From Alphaproteobacteria bacterium (GTDB lineage: Bacteria; Pseudomonadota; Alphaproteobacteria; Rs-D84): a stretch of 64,000 nt of DNA. This document shows, in pieces, positions 9,701-22,300 of the stretch (the first letter of the stretch is position 1; the number at the start of each line of letters is the position of its first letter). The notes below the pieces were generated by a model. It worked only from the letters and a program-made list of their open reading frames with translations, ran no database searches and was not told the DNA's origin. The translations under genes were made by a program, and so were the position numbers. The DNA is taken from the NCBI GenBank assembly GCA_031549365.1, contig JAVBPX010000005.1, positions 1 through 64,000 of the forward strand. The letters run 5' to 3'.

Positions 9701-10936
9701 TTACATGAAATCGAACGCATCAACAAAAACAGAATTGATGAATTCGACATCATGGAAAAATCTTTTGCTGATCAAATTGTTCCATTGGTACGCGGACAAA
9801 CTTTGACTGGCGGCACAGGATCATTGAAAAACTTTGTCGGTAAAAAATTATCCGATGATGTAATTGATGCTATCAAACGCAGCGACTTGAAAAAAATCGT
9901 TGTCAAAGACGCCACGATTCAGGAAAAAGTTACAGCATTGCGCGATCAACATTTGGAAACTATGAAATCCATGGAAGAACGCTTTGAACACCAAATCGAA
10001 AAAGCCCGCGAAGGAAATTCATTGGCCGCAGGTGTATTAAAAGAAGTCAAAGTGTTTATCGCACATAAAACAAAATTACAACCAGGGGACAAAATGGCCG
10101 GTCGTCACGGAAACAAGGGTATCGTATCCCGCGTTGTTCCGCTGGAAGACATGCCACACTTGGCCGACGGCACGCCAGTGGATTTGGTTTTAAATCCGTT
10201 AGGTGTTCCATCACGTATGAACGTTGGACAAATTTTGGAAACCCATTTGGGATGGGCTGCCGCCGGTTTGGGTAAACAAATCGACGCCATGTTGGATTCA
10301 ATCAAAAACAAAAAATCAACAACTGATGATTTGCGCGGATTGATGGGTAAAATTTATGGGAAATCTGTTTCTGAATCATTGGATAAAATGACAGACACAG
10401 ACGTACGTGCCCAGGCAAACTTGGTACGTCGCGGTGTTCCGATGGCAACCCCAACATTTGACGGGGCAACCGAAGAAGACATCCATAACACATTAAAAAT
10501 GGCAAAATTGGATCCATCGGGCCAGGTTACATTATACGACGGTTTAACCGGCGAACCATTTGACCGCAAAGTTACTGTTGGTTATATGTATATGATGAAA
10601 CTGTCGCACTTGGTTGACAACAAATTGCACGCGCGTTCAACTGGACCATATTCATTAATTACGCAACAGCCGTTGTCTGGTAAGGCACACTTTGGCGGAC
10701 AACGTTTGGGTGAAATGGAAGTATGGGCACTGGAAGCGCACGGCGCCGCACACGTATTGAAAGAAATGTTAACCGTTAAATCGGACGACATTACTGGACG
10801 TAATAAAATGTATGAATCTGTGATCAGTGGCAACACCGATATTCAAACGGGAACCCCCGAAGGTTTCAACGTATTGATCCGCGAACTACGCGCAATCGGT
10901 TTATCAATGACACCAAAAAAATCAATCTCTGAATAA
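6782..10936 (+). CDS. rpoB: DNA-directed RNA polymerase beta subunit
   Basis: 1384 aa; SQLSQFMDQ, GDKMAGRHGNKG, GGQRLGEMEVWALEA. Confidence 0.99.
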   Translation: MAMIHRIRKNFGRSFLSAPLPNLIELQEKSYADFLQADIAPENRKDSGLQNVFKSMFPIHDYAGLADLEFIEYHLDEPNYTVEECMVRNMTYSTRLRLKLRLILWEIDATTGAKSLRDIKDQEIFMGDIPLMTNRGTFISNGFERVIISQMHRSPGVVYSTARSTHANTDQLLYTARIIPERGSWIDFELDHKDVIYVRIDRKRKVPATVLLRALPAKSDESAFNKDPKHARISGMNNAEILSNFYSAINLEWDGKQWIGDLSVFSNFPNFRLGYDLLDPKSKKIIAAKSDRLNPRKVEKLLQSHKQFALTPESLLGEFLFDNIMDEKSGEALFPSCTEITEELIRDFTKLNVKKLSLISIDHINYGAHVRNTLVADHTDSRDAALIELYNVIRPGERPTVESAMNLFTHIVCDPAYYDLSAVGRFKMNTRLQIKSTKKPEEERILTKNDILRTLQVLANIKDGKDSVDDIDHLGNRRVRAVGELLENQFRIGLTRIERLTREQLSSPNISTLMPQDVMNAKPLISLITEFFGSSQLSQFMDQENPLAELENKRLITALGPGGLHRERASLDVRDVHPTHYGRICPIQTPEGANIGLINHLSVYARVNPYGFIETPYRVVKKGKVTDEVIYLTASEEAGHKIAQGNTPLNNKGEFVEENVTARIDGEFDMVDASEIDLIDYSPKQIVSLSTGLIPFVENDDANRALMGSNMQRQGVPLIRSDAPFVGTGIEREVARDSRSVEIALHSGVVESVDANRIVIKNVNSRGVVTGVDIYNLLKFARSNQETLIHQKPLVKIGDKVSAGDIIADGASTDHGELALGRNVLVAFMPWRGYNYEDSIVISERIARDDVFTSIHIKEYSFRAQDTQLGPEAFTRDIPNVSEDALKNLDESGIIYIGAHVKAGDILVGKVSPKSETLLTPEENLLRNIFGEKALNVKDTSLRVNPGDEGIVVGVTILSRHGVAKDERSQMIELHEIERINKNRIDEFDIMEKSFADQIVPLVRGQTLTGGTGSLKNFVGKKLSDDVIDAIKRSDLKKIVVKDATIQEKVTALRDQHLETMKSMEERFEHQIEKAREGNSLAAGVLKEVKVFIAHKTKLQPGDKMAGRHGNKGIVSRVVPLEDMPHLADGTPVDLVLNPLGVPSRMNVGQILETHLGWAAAGLGKQIDAMLDSIKNKKSTTDDLRGLMGKIYGKSVSESLDKMTDTDVRAQANLVRRGVPMATPTFDGATEEDIHNTLKMAKLDPSGQVTLYDGLTGEPFDRKVTVGYMYMMKLSHLVDNKLHARSTGPYSLITQQPLSGKAHFGGQRLGEMEVWALEAHGAAHVLKEMLTVKSDDITGRNKMYESVISGNTDIQTGTPEGFNVLIRELRAIGLSMTPKKSISE

Positions 10937-10951
10937 AGCGAGGTAGGAAAA

Positions 10952-13900
10952 ATGAGTATGCTTCAAAAAATCTTTGGCCAACTGGAAACATCCGAACCAT
11001 TTGATTCGATTCGTTTGACTGTCGCCTCGCCGGACGAGATTTTGTCCTGGTCTTTTGGCGAAGTTAAAAAGCCTGAAACGATTAATTATCGTTCTTTTAA
11101 ACCTGAAATGGACGGATTGTTCTGTACCAAAATTTTCGGACCACGCAAAGATTACGAATGTAATTGCGGAAAATACAAACGTATTAAATTCCGCGGTGTA
11201 ATTTGTGAAAAATGTCACACCGAAGTTACATTGGCATCTGTTCGTCGCGAACGTATGGGACACATTAAATTAGCGACACCTGTTGCGCACATTTGGTTTT
11301 TAAAAGAAGGCAAAATCGCAACCCTGTTAAACAACATGCCACAAAAAAAGTTGGAACAAGTTGTTTATTTCGACAGCTATATCGTGTCCGAACCCGGGTT
11401 AACATCTTTGAAATTATATGACGTAATTTCCGAAGATGACTATTACCGCGCATTGGAAGAATTCGGACCGGATTCGTTCCGCGCAGAAATGGGCGCCGAA
11501 GGAATTCGCAACATTATTAATTCTTTGGATTTGGCCGACGAAAAAGTGCGTTTGCGCAAAGATTTAAACGAAATTAAATCCGAAGCCCGCAAAGACAAAA
11601 TCATCAAACAATTAAAATTAGTTGAAAGCTTTTTGGAATCCAAAACACACCCATCATGGATGATTATGGATGTATTGCCAGTATTGCCACCAGAATTACG
11701 CCCGTTGGTACAATTGGACGCTGGCCGTGTTGCTGCATCTGATTTGAATGATTTGTATCGCCGCGTAATTATCCGTAACAATCGTTTGAAAAAATTAATC
11801 GATTTAAAAGCTCCTGAAATTATCGTACGCAATGAAAAACGTATGTTACAGGAAGCTGTGGACGCACTATTTGACAATTCACGCAAAGCCCGCCCAATGG
11901 TTGGTCAAAACAAACGTGCATTGAAATCATTGTCTGACGTATTGCGTGGAAAACAAGGTCGTTTCCGTCAAAATTTGTTGGGTAAACGCGTTGATTTCTC
12001 GGGACGTTCTGTTATCGTGTCTGGTCCAAAATTAAAATTACACCAAGTTGGATTGCCAAAAACAATGGCTTTGGAATTATTCAAACCATTCGTGTATTCG
12101 AAATTGTTATCTATGGATTACGCAAACACATTGAAAACAGCACGCAAAATGGTTGAAAACCACGAACCAATTGTTTGGGATATATTGGAAGAAGTTATTT
12201 ATCAACATCCAGTATTATTAAATCGTGCGCCAACATTGCACCGTTTATCAATTTTGGCATTTGAACCAATTTTAGTCGAAGGTAAAGCGATCCAATTACA
12301 CCCATTGGTGTGCAAAGGATTTAATGCCGACTTTGACGGGGACCAGATGGCTGTTCACGTTCCAATTTCATTGGAAGCACAATTAGAAGCGCGTACATTA
12401 ATGTTGGCGTCAAACAATATCTTATCGCCAGCGAACGGCCAACCAATGATTACACCAACCCAAGACATGGTGTTGGGCGTATATTATATTTCGTTGATTG
12501 ATGGCGAACACAAAAAAGACTCTCCTATTTTCGCGAACATGGATGAAGTAAAATTGGCAATCGAAAACAAAACCATTACATTGCATACACCGATCGTATC
12601 ACGTTTTGAAACAGTTGATGAAAATGGCAATGCCATTGTTTCAACCGTAAAAACAACGGCTGGACGCATGATGTTGGGCGAAATATTGCCAAAAAAACCA
12701 AACATGCCATTTGAATTGGTAAACCAAGTCATGACCAAGAAAAAAATCGAAGACTTGTTATCAATTACATATGATCGTTGTGGCCCAAAAGATATGATTA
12801 TCGTTGCCGATCGATTGAAAGATACAGGTTTCGAGCAGGCAGCCAAATCAGGTATTTCATTCTGTCAGGATGATATTTTGGTACCATCTGAAAAACCAAA
12901 AATTATTGCCGATGCTGAAAAGCAAGTTAATGAAATCGACGAACAGTATCAAAACGGTTTAATTTCACGCGGCGAAAAATATAACAAAGTTGTTGATTTG
13001 TGGGGACGCACAACTGCCAAAGTTGCGAACTTGGCCATGAAAACGTTGGCTGATACAACGGGCGCAAATTGGAATTCAGTTCACATGATGGCCGATTCTG
13101 GTGCCCGTGGATCCAAAACACAAATTCAACAGTTGGCCGGTATGCGCGGAACCATGGCGAAACCAAACGGTGATATTATTGAAATTCCGATTATTTCAAA
13201 CTTCAAAGAAGGTTTGACCATGTCTGAATACTTTACTTCCACCCACGGTGCCCGCAAAGGGTTGGCCGATACCGCGATGAGGACCGCTGACGCTGGATAT
13301 TTGACACGTCGTTTGGTATCTGTTGCTCAGAATACATTTATTACCGAACAAGATTGTGGAACAACTGAATTTATTGCGGCGACTCCGACATTTGACGGAT
13401 CGTTCGAAGTTGCAACAATCGACGAAGCAGTTGCAGGACGTACCGCAGCATCCGATGTAATCGATCCAAAAACAAAACAAATATTGGTACATGCTGGGGA
13501 TTTGATTTCATTGGCCATGGCTAAAAAAATAACTGCTGCCGGTGTTGAAAAAGTAAATATTCGTTCCATTTTAACTTGCCAATCCAAAAATGGATTATGT
13601 GCAAAATGTTATGGTATGGATTTGTCCAATAATGCATTGGTCCAAGTGGGCGAAGCCGTTGGTGTTATCGCGGGTCAATCAATTGGGGAACCAGGAACTC
13701 AGTTAACTTTGCGTACCTTCCATATCGGTGGTGTTGCATCTGCCGGATCTGAACGTCATTTCCTGGACACACCTGCGGATGGTATTGTTAAAATTGAATC
13801 CGGATCTGTTATCACAAACTCTGTCGGCAAAAACATCGTTATGTCACGTAATGCAGATATCGTTGTTGTTGATAAAAATGGCAATGAAAAATTGCGTCAA

Positions 13901-15094
13901 CGCTTACCATACGCTGCGACTTTGGCTGTTAATGATGGACAAACTGTTGCCCGCGGGGATCGTTTATGTGAATGGGATCCATATTCCAATTTAATCATTG
14001 CTGAAAAAGACGGACGCGTAAACTTGAATGATTTGTTGGAAAACATTTCATACAGCGACGAAACAGACGCAATGACCGGATTAACTTCACGCAAGGTTGT
14101 TAATTGGAAAAACCACACCCGTAAAACTTTGAAACCATCAATTACTTTGGTTGATGCAAAGGGCGAAGTTTTGAAATTGGGTGCAAAACGTGTTGCTGAA
14201 TACTTGTTGCCAATCCATGCGATTTTGAATGTATCGAACTCTGACGAAGTAAAAGCTGGGGACATTTTGGCTCGTATTCCGATTGAAACACAAAAGACAC
14301 GCGACATTACTGGTGGATTGCCACGCGTCGAAGAATTATTCGAAGCGCGTAATCCAAAAAAACCAGCGATTATTGCTGAAATTGATGGAGAAATCGAAAT
14401 CGAAGACAATCACCGCACAAAAATCTTGGTTCGAATTGCTCCAACCGACGGATCTGCGCCCGTGGAATATTCAATTCCAAAGGGAACACACTTGTTGGTA
14501 CAATCCGGCGACATGGTGAAAAAGGCTGATTTAATTATCGACGGATCACCTGTGCCTGCCGACATTTTGCGAGTATTGGGACCAAAAGCTTTGGCCACAT
14601 TTATGGTTAACCAAATCCAAGAAGTTTATCGTTTACAAGGCGCTGCCATTAACAATAAACACATTGAAATTGTTATCCGTCAAATGATGAAGAAAGTTGA
14701 AATCATCGATCCAAAAGATACAACATTCTTGACAGGTCAAAATGTTGATCAAACTGAATTGGACGAAGAAAATGCAAAAACTGTTCGCGATGGTGGTACA
14801 CCTGCCCTGGCCCGCCCAGTGCTGTTGGGTATTACCAAGGTTTCATTGCGTTCATCCAGCTTTATTTCCAACGCATCGTTCCAGGAAACTCCGAAAGTAT
14901 TGACCGAGGCTGCAATCGCAGGATCCGTCGATAAATTAACGGGCTTGAACGAAAACTTGGTTGTTGGACGTTTGATTCCTGTTGGAACTGGCGCTTATGT
15001 ACGTCGTGTACGTGGCATGGCCCAGGATCAGGAAAAATCCGAACGCGCTGCGATCGAACAATCGGGTCCAGAACAAACATTATTGGATCTCTAA
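10952..15094 (+). CDS. rpoC: DNA-directed RNA polymerase beta' subunit
   Basis: Catalytic NADFDGD, N-terminal Zn finger, trigger loop [12 protein letters not shown]. Confidence 0.99.
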   Translation: MSMLQKIFGQLETSEPFDSIRLTVASPDEILSWSFGEVKKPETINYRSFKPEMDGLFCTKIFGPRKDYECNCGKYKRIKFRGVICEKCHTEVTLASVRRERMGHIKLATPVAHIWFLKEGKIATLLNNMPQKKLEQVVYFDSYIVSEPGLTSLKLYDVISEDDYYRALEEFGPDSFRAEMGAEGIRNIINSLDLADEKVRLRKDLNEIKSEARKDKIIKQLKLVESFLESKTHPSWMIMDVLPVLPPELRPLVQLDAGRVAASDLNDLYRRVIIRNNRLKKLIDLKAPEIIVRNEKRMLQEAVDALFDNSRKARPMVGQNKRALKSLSDVLRGKQGRFRQNLLGKRVDFSGRSVIVSGPKLKLHQVGLPKTMALELFKPFVYSKLLSMDYANTLKTARKMVENHEPIVWDILEEVIYQHPVLLNRAPTLHRLSILAFEPILVEGKAIQLHPLVCKGFNADFDGDQMAVHVPISLEAQLEARTLMLASNNILSPANGQPMITPTQDMVLGVYYISLIDGEHKKDSPIFANMDEVKLAIENKTITLHTPIVSRFETVDENGNAIVSTVKTTAGRMMLGEILPKKPNMPFELVNQVMTKKKIEDLLSITYDRCGPKDMIIVADRLKDTGFEQAAKSGISFCQDDILVPSEKPKIIADAEKQVNEIDEQYQNGLISRGEKYNKVVDLWGRTTAKVANLAMKTLADTTGANWNSVHMMADSGARGSKTQIQQLAGMRGTMAKPNGDIIEIPIISNFKEGLTMSEYFTSTHGARKGLADTAMRTADAGYLTRRLVSVAQNTFITEQDCGTTEFIAATPTFDGSFEVATIDEAVAGRTAASDVIDPKTKQILVHAGDLISLAMAKKITAAGVEKVNIRSILTCQSKNGLCAKCYGMDLSNNALVQVGEAVGVIAGQSIGEPGTQLTLRTFHIGGVASAGSERHFLDTPADGIVKIESGSVITNSVGKNIVMSRNADIVVVDKNGNEKLRQRLPYAATLAVNDGQTVARGDRLCEWDPYSNLIIAEKDGRVNLNDLLENISYSDETDAMTGLTSRKVVNWKNHTRKTLKPSITLVDAKGEVLKLGAKRVAEYLLPIHAILNVSNSDEVKAGDILARIPIETQKTRDITGGLPRVEELFEARNPKKPAIIAEIDGEIEIEDNHRTKILVRIAPTDGSAPVEYSIPKGTHLLVQSGDMVKKADLIIDGSPVPADILRVLGPKALATFMVNQIQEVYRLQGAAINNKHIEIVIRQMMKKVEIIDPKDTTFLTGQNVDQTELDEENAKTVRDGGTPALARPVLLGITKVSLRSSSFISNASFQETPKVLTEAAIAGSVDKLTGLNENLVVGRLIPVGTGAYVRRVRGMAQDQEKSERAAIEQSGPEQTLLDL

Positions 15095-15138
15095 CATTCC
15101 TCATTTTTTGCTTTGCAAAAAAGCTCGGGAAAAAATGT

Positions 15139-15166
15139 AAAAAACCAGGCAATTGCCTGGTTTTTT
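15139..15166 (+). terminator. rpoC intrinsic terminator
   Basis: AAAAAACCAGGC-AATT-GCCTGGTTTTTT. Confidence 0.85.
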
Positions 15167-15171
15167 ACAAT

Positions 15172-15288
15172 TGTCATCTCGGAGAAGTGACGCGGAACAA
15201 TACGTCCGGGATCCAGTCTTATAAATTTTTCACTTATGCGGCACATTATTGTATTTGTAGTCATCCTGAACTCTGTAAGAAGATCCAG
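15172..15288 (+). repeat. Two decayed GTCAT...GATCCAG REP-like elements
   Basis: TGTCATCTCGG...CCGGGATCCAG (15172-15216) and GTCATCCTGAAC...GATCCAG (15260-15288). Confidence 0.55.
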
Positions 15289-15359
15289 TAATAAAAATGG
15301 TTGCGCCGCAACGCTATATTTATGTGGACTTTGAGTTTTAAACATTTAATATTATTTAT

Positions 15360-16652
15360 ATGAATAAAACAATTTATGCTTTGTCTTCTGCTTCTGGTCG
15401 CGCCGGGGTTTCAATCATCCGGGTATCTGGGGATAATTTATTAAATGTATTCACCAAAATGGTTCATATAAAATCGCCGAAACCGCGTCATGCATATTTT
15501 GCAAATTATTATGATCATGAAACAGATGAAATTTTGGACAATGTTGTTGCGATTTATTTTTCCGCCCCAAATTCGTTTACAGGCCAAGATATAATTGAAA
15601 TTCATTGCCATGGATCGTTGGCTGTGATTAATAAAATTTTAACATCCATGGGCAAAATGGCCGGTTTTTCCGCTGCATGTCCCGGGGATTTCGCGCGTCG
15701 TGCATTTATGAATAATAAAATGGATTTAACCCAGGTTGACGGCTTAATCGATTTAATTAATGCACAAACAGAACATCAACGTCGTGCAGCATTATCAAAT
15801 TTGGATGGAGCGTTACAAAAATTATACTTAAAATGGCGCACGGACATGGTTGCGTTGTCTGCGTTGATGACTGCGTCAATTGATTTTTCGGACGATGAAT
15901 TGCCGGAAAATATTTCAAATAATATTAATGATCGATTGGATGATTTAATTGAATCAATTAATAAACATTTAAATACTTATGCTATTGGATCTGCAATCCA
16001 ACACGGATTTAATATTGCATTAATTGGATCTGTTAATGCCGGTAAATCATCGTTGTTCAATTGTTTGTTGGGACATGATCGTTCGATTATATCGGATATT
16101 CCCGGAACCACACGCGATGTTGTGGATGCGACATTGGATTTGGATGGATATCTGGTAACGATTTCTGATACAGCAGGATTGCGCGAAACAACGGATGAAA
16201 TTGAATCCATTGGAATTGAACGAACACATAAAACACGTTATAATGCACATTTGAAAATTTATGTTGTGTCGGCCGACGAAGAACCAAATCCGAAATTTTT
16301 GGATGATGATACAATTGTTGTTTATACAAAATCTGATTTATACGGAAACGATAAACCAAATTCAATATCAACCATTTGCAATGACGGGATGCCAGGATTC
16401 ATTGAATTATTAAAACGTGCGGTTCATGAACGTTTGGATACAACAGATTCTACATTGGTATCAAATGATCGTGTTAAAAAATTATTAACAGAATGCGTAT
16501 CCGAATTGGAATTGGCAAAACGCCAAAATATTTCCGATTTGCGTGCGGAACATATTCGTCGTGCAACCGACGCATTGGGCCAAATTTTGGGATTAATTAC
16601 ATTTGACGAAGTATTGAATTCAGTATTTTCACAATTGTGTTTGGGAAAATAA
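15360..16652 (+). CDS. mnmE: tRNA modification GTPase MnmE
   Basis: TIYALSS, PNSFTGQD, G1 GSVNAGKSS, PGTTRD, DTAGLR, C-terminal CLGK. Confidence 0.97.
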   Translation: MNKTIYALSSASGRAGVSIIRVSGDNLLNVFTKMVHIKSPKPRHAYFANYYDHETDEILDNVVAIYFSAPNSFTGQDIIEIHCHGSLAVINKILTSMGKMAGFSAACPGDFARRAFMNNKMDLTQVDGLIDLINAQTEHQRRAALSNLDGALQKLYLKWRTDMVALSALMTASIDFSDDELPENISNNINDRLDDLIESINKHLNTYAIGSAIQHGFNIALIGSVNAGKSSLFNCLLGHDRSIISDIPGTTRDVVDATLDLDGYLVTISDTAGLRETTDEIESIGIERTHKTRYNAHLKIYVVSADEEPNPKFLDDDTIVVYTKSDLYGNDKPNSISTICNDGMPGFIELLKRAVHERLDTTDSTLVSNDRVKKLLTECVSELELAKRQNISDLRAEHIRRATDALGQILGLITFDEVLNSVFSQLCLGK

Positions 16653-16672
16653 TTCTTTGCTAATTTCAATTA

Positions 16673-16714
16673 TGTTAAAACCAGAATAATTAAAAATTAT
16701 TTCCGGTTTTAATG
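16673..16714 (+). repeat. 44-bp-type palindromic repeat, copy 1
   Basis: TGTTAAAACC-AG-AATAATT-AAA-AATTATT-TCC-GGTTTTAATG. Confidence 0.8.
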
Positions 16715-16776
16715 CCAACAATAATCGGTTGTATTAATCTTTGTTAATTACACCTAAAATTTATTAACTGAATTAT

Positions 16777-17442
16777 TTACTTTTTCTTTTTATTCTGGAT
16801 ATCTGAAACAGCTGGACAATATTCTATCAATGGGCAAATATCACATTTCGGTCGTAACGCTGAACAGGTATAGCGTCCATGCAAAACCATTACATGGTTT
16901 ACAATTCCATGATATTTTTTTGGAATTATTTGCATTAATTCCGCTTCAACTTTATCCGGGGTATTTGCCGCGTCCGACACCCAACCATAACGATGAGCGT
17001 TACGAAACACGTGCGTATCAACACCAACCGTTGGTGCGCCATGTAACACATTCATTATAACGTTGGCTGTTTTATTACCAATTCCGGGCAATGCCACCAA
17101 TTCGGATTTTGTGCCCGGTAATGTACCATCATATTCATCAACCAAACGGCGCGATAATGCAATTATGTTTTTCGCCTTGTTGTTAAAAAACGAAATTACA
17201 CGAATATATTTTTTTAAACCCTCTTCACCCAATTTCAACATTTTTTCTGGGCTATCCACAATTTTAAATAATTCTGGCGTTACTTCGTTAACCTTTTTGT
17301 CTGTTGCTTGGGCCGATAAAATCACCGCGACCGCAAATGTAAAATCATTTACTGAATATAATTCAGACTTTAATTCCATGGGCAAAGTACGCGGCAAAAT
17401 ATCAAAATAAATATTAATAAAATCGCGCTGTTTTTTATTCAT
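16777..17442 (-). CDS. nth: Endonuclease III
   Basis: ILSAQATD, HhH LPGIGNKTAN, VDTHVFR, Fe-S motif C-x6-C-x2-C-x5-C. Confidence 0.97.
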   Translation of the reverse strand: MNKKQRDFINIYFDILPRTLPMELKSELYSVNDFTFAVAVILSAQATDKKVNEVTPELFKIVDSPEKMLKLGEEGLKKYIRVISFFNNKAKNIIALSRRLVDEYDGTLPGTKSELVALPGIGNKTANVIMNVLHGAPTVGVDTHVFRNAHRYGWVSDAANTPDKVEAELMQIIPKKYHGIVNHVMVLHGRYTCSALRPKCDICPLIEYCPAVSDIQNKKKK

Positions 17443-19267
17443 CGTGCCCGGCCTTGATCATTCGCAATAAAACCATTAATGCCGCCGGCGTCATACCAGA
17501 AATTCGCGCTGCTGACGCCATGTTTTCAGGCCGTGTTTTATTTAATTTTTCAATCAATTCATTCGTTAAACCCGGCATTTTGTCGTATTTTATATGCAAT
17601 GGTATTTTCAATTCCAAATCCCGTCGATACGAATTTATATCATCCATTTGGCGTTTGATATATCCAGAATAAACAACATCGGTAATCGCCGAATCAATTG
17701 CGCGTTCTGAATAATTTTGCATGAAAGATTCACGAATTTCCGGAATATGTTCATCGGATATTTTTATCCAATCGGACAATGATTTTTTGCCAGTATCATC
17801 CCGGCGAATTTTTGTATTATTTAATGCGTTTTTAATTTCATTTATTTCAGATTTGTGGCGTTCAAAATATTCCCGTCGAGCATTCGAACACATTCCCAGT
17901 TCAATTGCCAATGGCGTTAATCGCAATGTTGCGTTGTCGGAACGTACAGTTAATCTGTATTCGGAACGCGCAGTAAACATGCGATACGGCTCATCAACAC
18001 CCAATGTTGTAATATCATCAATCAATACACCAATATATGAATTTGTTCGATCCAAAACTAATGGCGCCACACCCAATGCATAGGCGGCGGCATTTGCGCC
18101 GGCCACGATACCTTGGGCTGCGGCCTCTTCGTATCCCGATGTGCCATTAATTTGTCCGGCAAAAAATAATCCGTTTATATCCTTGGCCTCTAACGTTTTT
18201 TTTAATACCCGCGCATCAATCGCATCATATTCAATTGCATATCCGTATTGTGAGATTTCACAATTTTCCAATCCAGGGATTGACCGAATCCATTTATCTT
18301 GAACATCCGTACCAAACGAAGTCGAAATTCCATTTGGGTAAATTAAATCTGAATTTATACCCTCGGGTTCCAAAAATACATGATGAGTATTGTGATGGGG
18401 GAATCTCATTACTTTGTCCTCTAACGAGGGGCAATAACGAACACCAACACCTGTTATTTCGCCATTATACATTGGTGCAGATTTTATATTTTCACGAATT
18501 ATTTCATGCGTTGTTTCATTTGTATGCGTTAAATGACAAACCATTTGTGGCAACATTTTACATTTGCTAGGCAACATTGAAAATTGTGGAACTGGGACAT
18601 CGCCCGACTGAATACTGCATACAGAAAAATCAATTGAACCCTGTTTAATACGTGCTGGCGTACCGGTTTTTAAACGCATTAATGAAAATCCAGCGCGCGT
18701 TAAAATATTCGATATAAATTTATCGTTTGATTGCGGTTTCCCAAAATCATCCAGCCGCCCAGATTCGATTGTTTTGTTGCCTTGGTAAATTAATCCCCTG
18801 GTGAAAGTACCGGTTGTTATAACAATTGATTTTGAAAAATATTTATCACCATTTGAACAAGCAATCAATTTTATATCCGAATTTAAATCAATATCAATAA
18901 CATCTGAAAATACAAAGTCTATACTTTCGTATTCCGATAACATTTTTTTAATTATTTTGTGATATTCATTTCGATCAATTTGGGCCCGAACTGCACGAAC
19001 GGCCATACCATGCGACGCATTTAATGTTCGAAACTGAATGCCCGCACAATCCGCGGCAACACCCATAATTCCGTCCAATGCATCAATTTCGGCCACCAAT
19101 TGCGATTTACCAACTCCGCCAATACTGGGATTACAGGACATTGCCCCAATATCTGATTCTGATTTAGTAATAACCAATGTTTTGGCACCACGGCGACATG
19201 ACGCGGCGGCGGCCTCGGCCCCGGCGTGTCCACAACCAATAATGATGACATCATACGTTTTTTTCAT
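17435..19267 (-). CDS. mnmG: tRNA U34 carboxymethylaminomethyl modification enzyme MnmG
   Basis: GCGHAG FAD motif, MSCNPSIGG, RYCPSLEDK, GQINGTSGYEEAAAQG. The likely start is MKKTYD. Confidence 0.97.
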   Translation of the reverse strand: MKKTYDVIIIGCGHAGAEAAAASCRRGAKTLVITKSESDIGAMSCNPSIGGVGKSQLVAEIDALDGIMGVAADCAGIQFRTLNASHGMAVRAVRAQIDRNEYHKIIKKMLSEYESIDFVFSDVIDIDLNSDIKLIACSNGDKYFSKSIVITTGTFTRGLIYQGNKTIESGRLDDFGKPQSNDKFISNILTRAGFSLMRLKTGTPARIKQGSIDFSVCSIQSGDVPVPQFSMLPSKCKMLPQMVCHLTHTNETTHEIIRENIKSAPMYNGEITGVGVRYCPSLEDKVMRFPHHNTHHVFLEPEGINSDLIYPNGISTSFGTDVQDKWIRSIPGLENCEISQYGYAIEYDAIDARVLKKTLEAKDINGLFFAGQINGTSGYEEAAAQGIVAGANAAAYALGVAPLVLDRTNSYIGVLIDDITTLGVDEPYRMFTARSEYRLTVRSDNATLRLTPLAIELGMCSNARREYFERHKSEINEIKNALNNTKIRRDDTGKKSLSDWIKISDEHIPEIRESFMQNYSERAIDSAITDVVYSGYIKRQMDDINSYRRDLELKIPLHIKYDKMPGLTNELIEKLNKTRPENMASAARISGMTPAALMVLLRMIKAGHDE

Positions 19268-19358
19268 AGGTTTAATTTTATCATTCCAATCAGTGATTTC
19301 AACTTGAAAATCAAAAAAATCGCAAATATAATGGATACACTTTAACAAAGGGATAAAT

Positions 19359-22300
19359 ATGAATAAAAAATACAACGCGACTACCGCCAAAGCAGACTTT
19401 CCAAATTTAGAACAATCCGTATTAAAAATGTGGTCGGATCGCGGAACTTTCAAAAAAACGTTGAAACAAACTGAAAATGGCCAACCTTTCAGCTTCTATG
19501 ACGGGCCCCCATTTGCAAATAATACCCCGCATTTGGGCCATTTGTCGGTCAGTGCGATGAAAGATATGGTTGCCCGCTTTCAAACAATGAACGGCAAACA
19601 TGTTGTTCGCGAATTGGGTTGGGATTGCCATGGATTGCCCGCAGAATTGAGCGTTGAAAAACAATTCAAAAAACCGGCTTTGGACTATGTTCGCGAAAAC
19701 GGCATTGCTGACTTTTGTGAAAAATGTAGTTTGGATGTTACAAAATACGCAGGCATGTGGGTTGAATATATCGATCGTTTGGGCCGTTGGGTTGATACAG
19801 ACAATGGCACAGGATACCGCACCATGGATAAAAATTTCATGGAATCTGTAATCTGGACGATCAAGGAATTATACAAAAAAGATTTAATTTTCCAAGACGT
19901 TCGCATTAATCCATTATCTTGGAAATTGGGAACTGTGTTATCCAATTTCGAAGCAAACCAAGATTATCGGGATGTTACAGATGATGCAATCACTGTTGCT
20001 TTGGACTTATCGAATGGCATGCGCGCTTTGGTTTGGACAACAACACCGTGGACATTGCCTGCGAATTCTGCGTTGGCCGTTAATCCAAATTTAAATTATG
20101 CCGTTTATCACGATGTGGATGGAAATGATTATGTTTTGGTTGAAACACGTGTCAAAGCATATGAAAAACAATTGGTAAATGCGACATTTGTTAAAACAAT
20201 TCCTGGTTCTGAATTGGTTGGTTTAACATATACTCCTCTATTCCCATATTATTTGGACCATGAAAAGAGGGACCACTTATTTACCATTCTGGGCGGTGAT
20301 TTTGTAACCGATTCTGACGGCACGGGGATTGTTCACATTGCGCCCGCATTTGGCGAGGATGACTTTCAAATCGCACGTAACCATAACGCGGCTTTCCCAG
20401 TGATTTGCAATGTTGATGATAATGGAAATTTCACAGCAGACGTATTGGATTGGGCGAATAAAAACATTTTTGAATCGCAACCTGAAATCATGTCAAAATT
20501 ACGTGAAATGGGGCGCTTGGTCAAAAAGGAATCATACACCCATTCATATCCATATTGTGCACGTGCTGGCGAAAAATTAATTTACAAGGCAACAAACAGT
20601 TTTTACGTTGATGTTCCAAAAATTCGGGAACAACTAATCGCAAATAATAAAAAAGTTAATTGGATAACTGGCGGCGGCCGTTTTGAAAAATGGATCGAAG
20701 GTGCTCGCGCTTGGTCGATTTCGCGCAACCGTTATTTCGGTGTTCCGATTCCTGTTTGGGTTTCCGACAATCCACAATATCCACGTATGGATGTTTATGG
20801 ATCGATTGCTGAAATTGAAAATGATTTTGATGTTAAATTGAATGATTTACACCGACCTTCTCTGGATCCATTAACTCGTCCAAATCCCGATGATCCAACG
20901 GGATCATCCACAATGCGTCGTGTAACAGATGTTTTGGATTGCTGGTTTGAATCTGGTTCAATGCCATGGGCATCGTTACATTATCCATTTGAAAATGTGG
21001 ATCGTTTCGAAAAAACATTCCCTGCTGATTATATTATCGAGGGGATGGATCAAACACGTGGATGGTTTTATACTTTGATGGTGTTGGCGACAGCCTTGTT
21101 TGATAAACCAGCGTTTATGACGGTTACTGCAAATGGTTTAACATTGGATGAAAACAAGAAAAAAATGTCCAAGAGCTTGGGCAATTATTCAGATCCATCC
21201 GAAATGTTTAAAAAATATGGCGCTGATTCAATTCGTTTATACGTATTGGGATCCCCATTATTCAAGGGCGAACCAATCAGTATAGACAAGGCCGGATCCG
21301 TATTCGCAAAAACATTACAATCAACATTAATTCCATTGTGGAATGCATACCATTTGTTCACATTGTATGCGAATGCTGACAATGTTGTGGCAAATGAAAA
21401 TTATAATTCATCGGATGTTTTGGATCGATACATTTTAAATAAAATGAATGATTTGATTAATGATGTTACATCGTCATTATCCGCATATTCAACCGATACT
21501 GCGGTTCGTCAAATCACAACTTTTATCGATGTGTTAAACAATTGGTATATTCGTCGTTCCCGCGAACGTTTCTGGAATGGGGATCAATCCGCATTTGATA
21601 CGTTATACACAGTATTAATTACATTGTGTAAATTGATGGCACCATTAACACCATTTATTACCGAATCTATTTATACAAATTTAACTGGTTTGGAATCGGT
21701 TCATTTGTGCAAATGGCCAGTCGCAAATAAAATGAGTGAATTTGACCATAAATTGGTAATGGATATGGATCGTGTTCAAATGATTTCAGCCACGGCGAAA
21801 GCATTGCGTGAACAATTTGGATTACGCAATCGTCTGCCATTATCGTCAATGACGGTTGCCGGATGGAATGCGCCGGAATATACTGAAATTTTGGCGGATG
21901 AATTGAATGTTAAAAATGTGATTTTCACAGAAACATATGAAACCGTTGCCGATCCATTTTTGTATTTGATTACTCCGAAAATTGGTGCCAGACTGGGCGC
22001 ACATTTGTCCAAAATTATTCCGGCATCGAAATCGGGTGATTATAAATTGGTTGGCGATAAATTGGAAATTGCTGGACAAACATTGAATTCGGATGAATTT
22101 GAAATTCGTTTAAATGTTAAACCAAATGTATCGGGCGCAACATTGCCTGATAATACCGCAGTTGTTATATTGGATACATTTGTAACTCCGGAATTGGCCG
22201 CCGAAGGAATGGCCCGCGATACAATTCGTTTTATCCAGGATACTCGCAAAGAAATGAATTTAAATGTATCCGATCGAATTTCGATTGTTTATGAAACCGA

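Noticed and set aside
13261-13310. RpoC bridge-helix variant [11 protein letters not shown]
   Set aside because: Similar conservative variants occur in other bacteria; no phenotype can be supported from the sequence.
17435-19453. Long N-terminal extension of mnmG overlapping ileS (similar extensions for rplA, adk, carD, rpoH)
   Set aside because: These are artefacts of longest-ORF calling; homology begins at downstream ATG codons.
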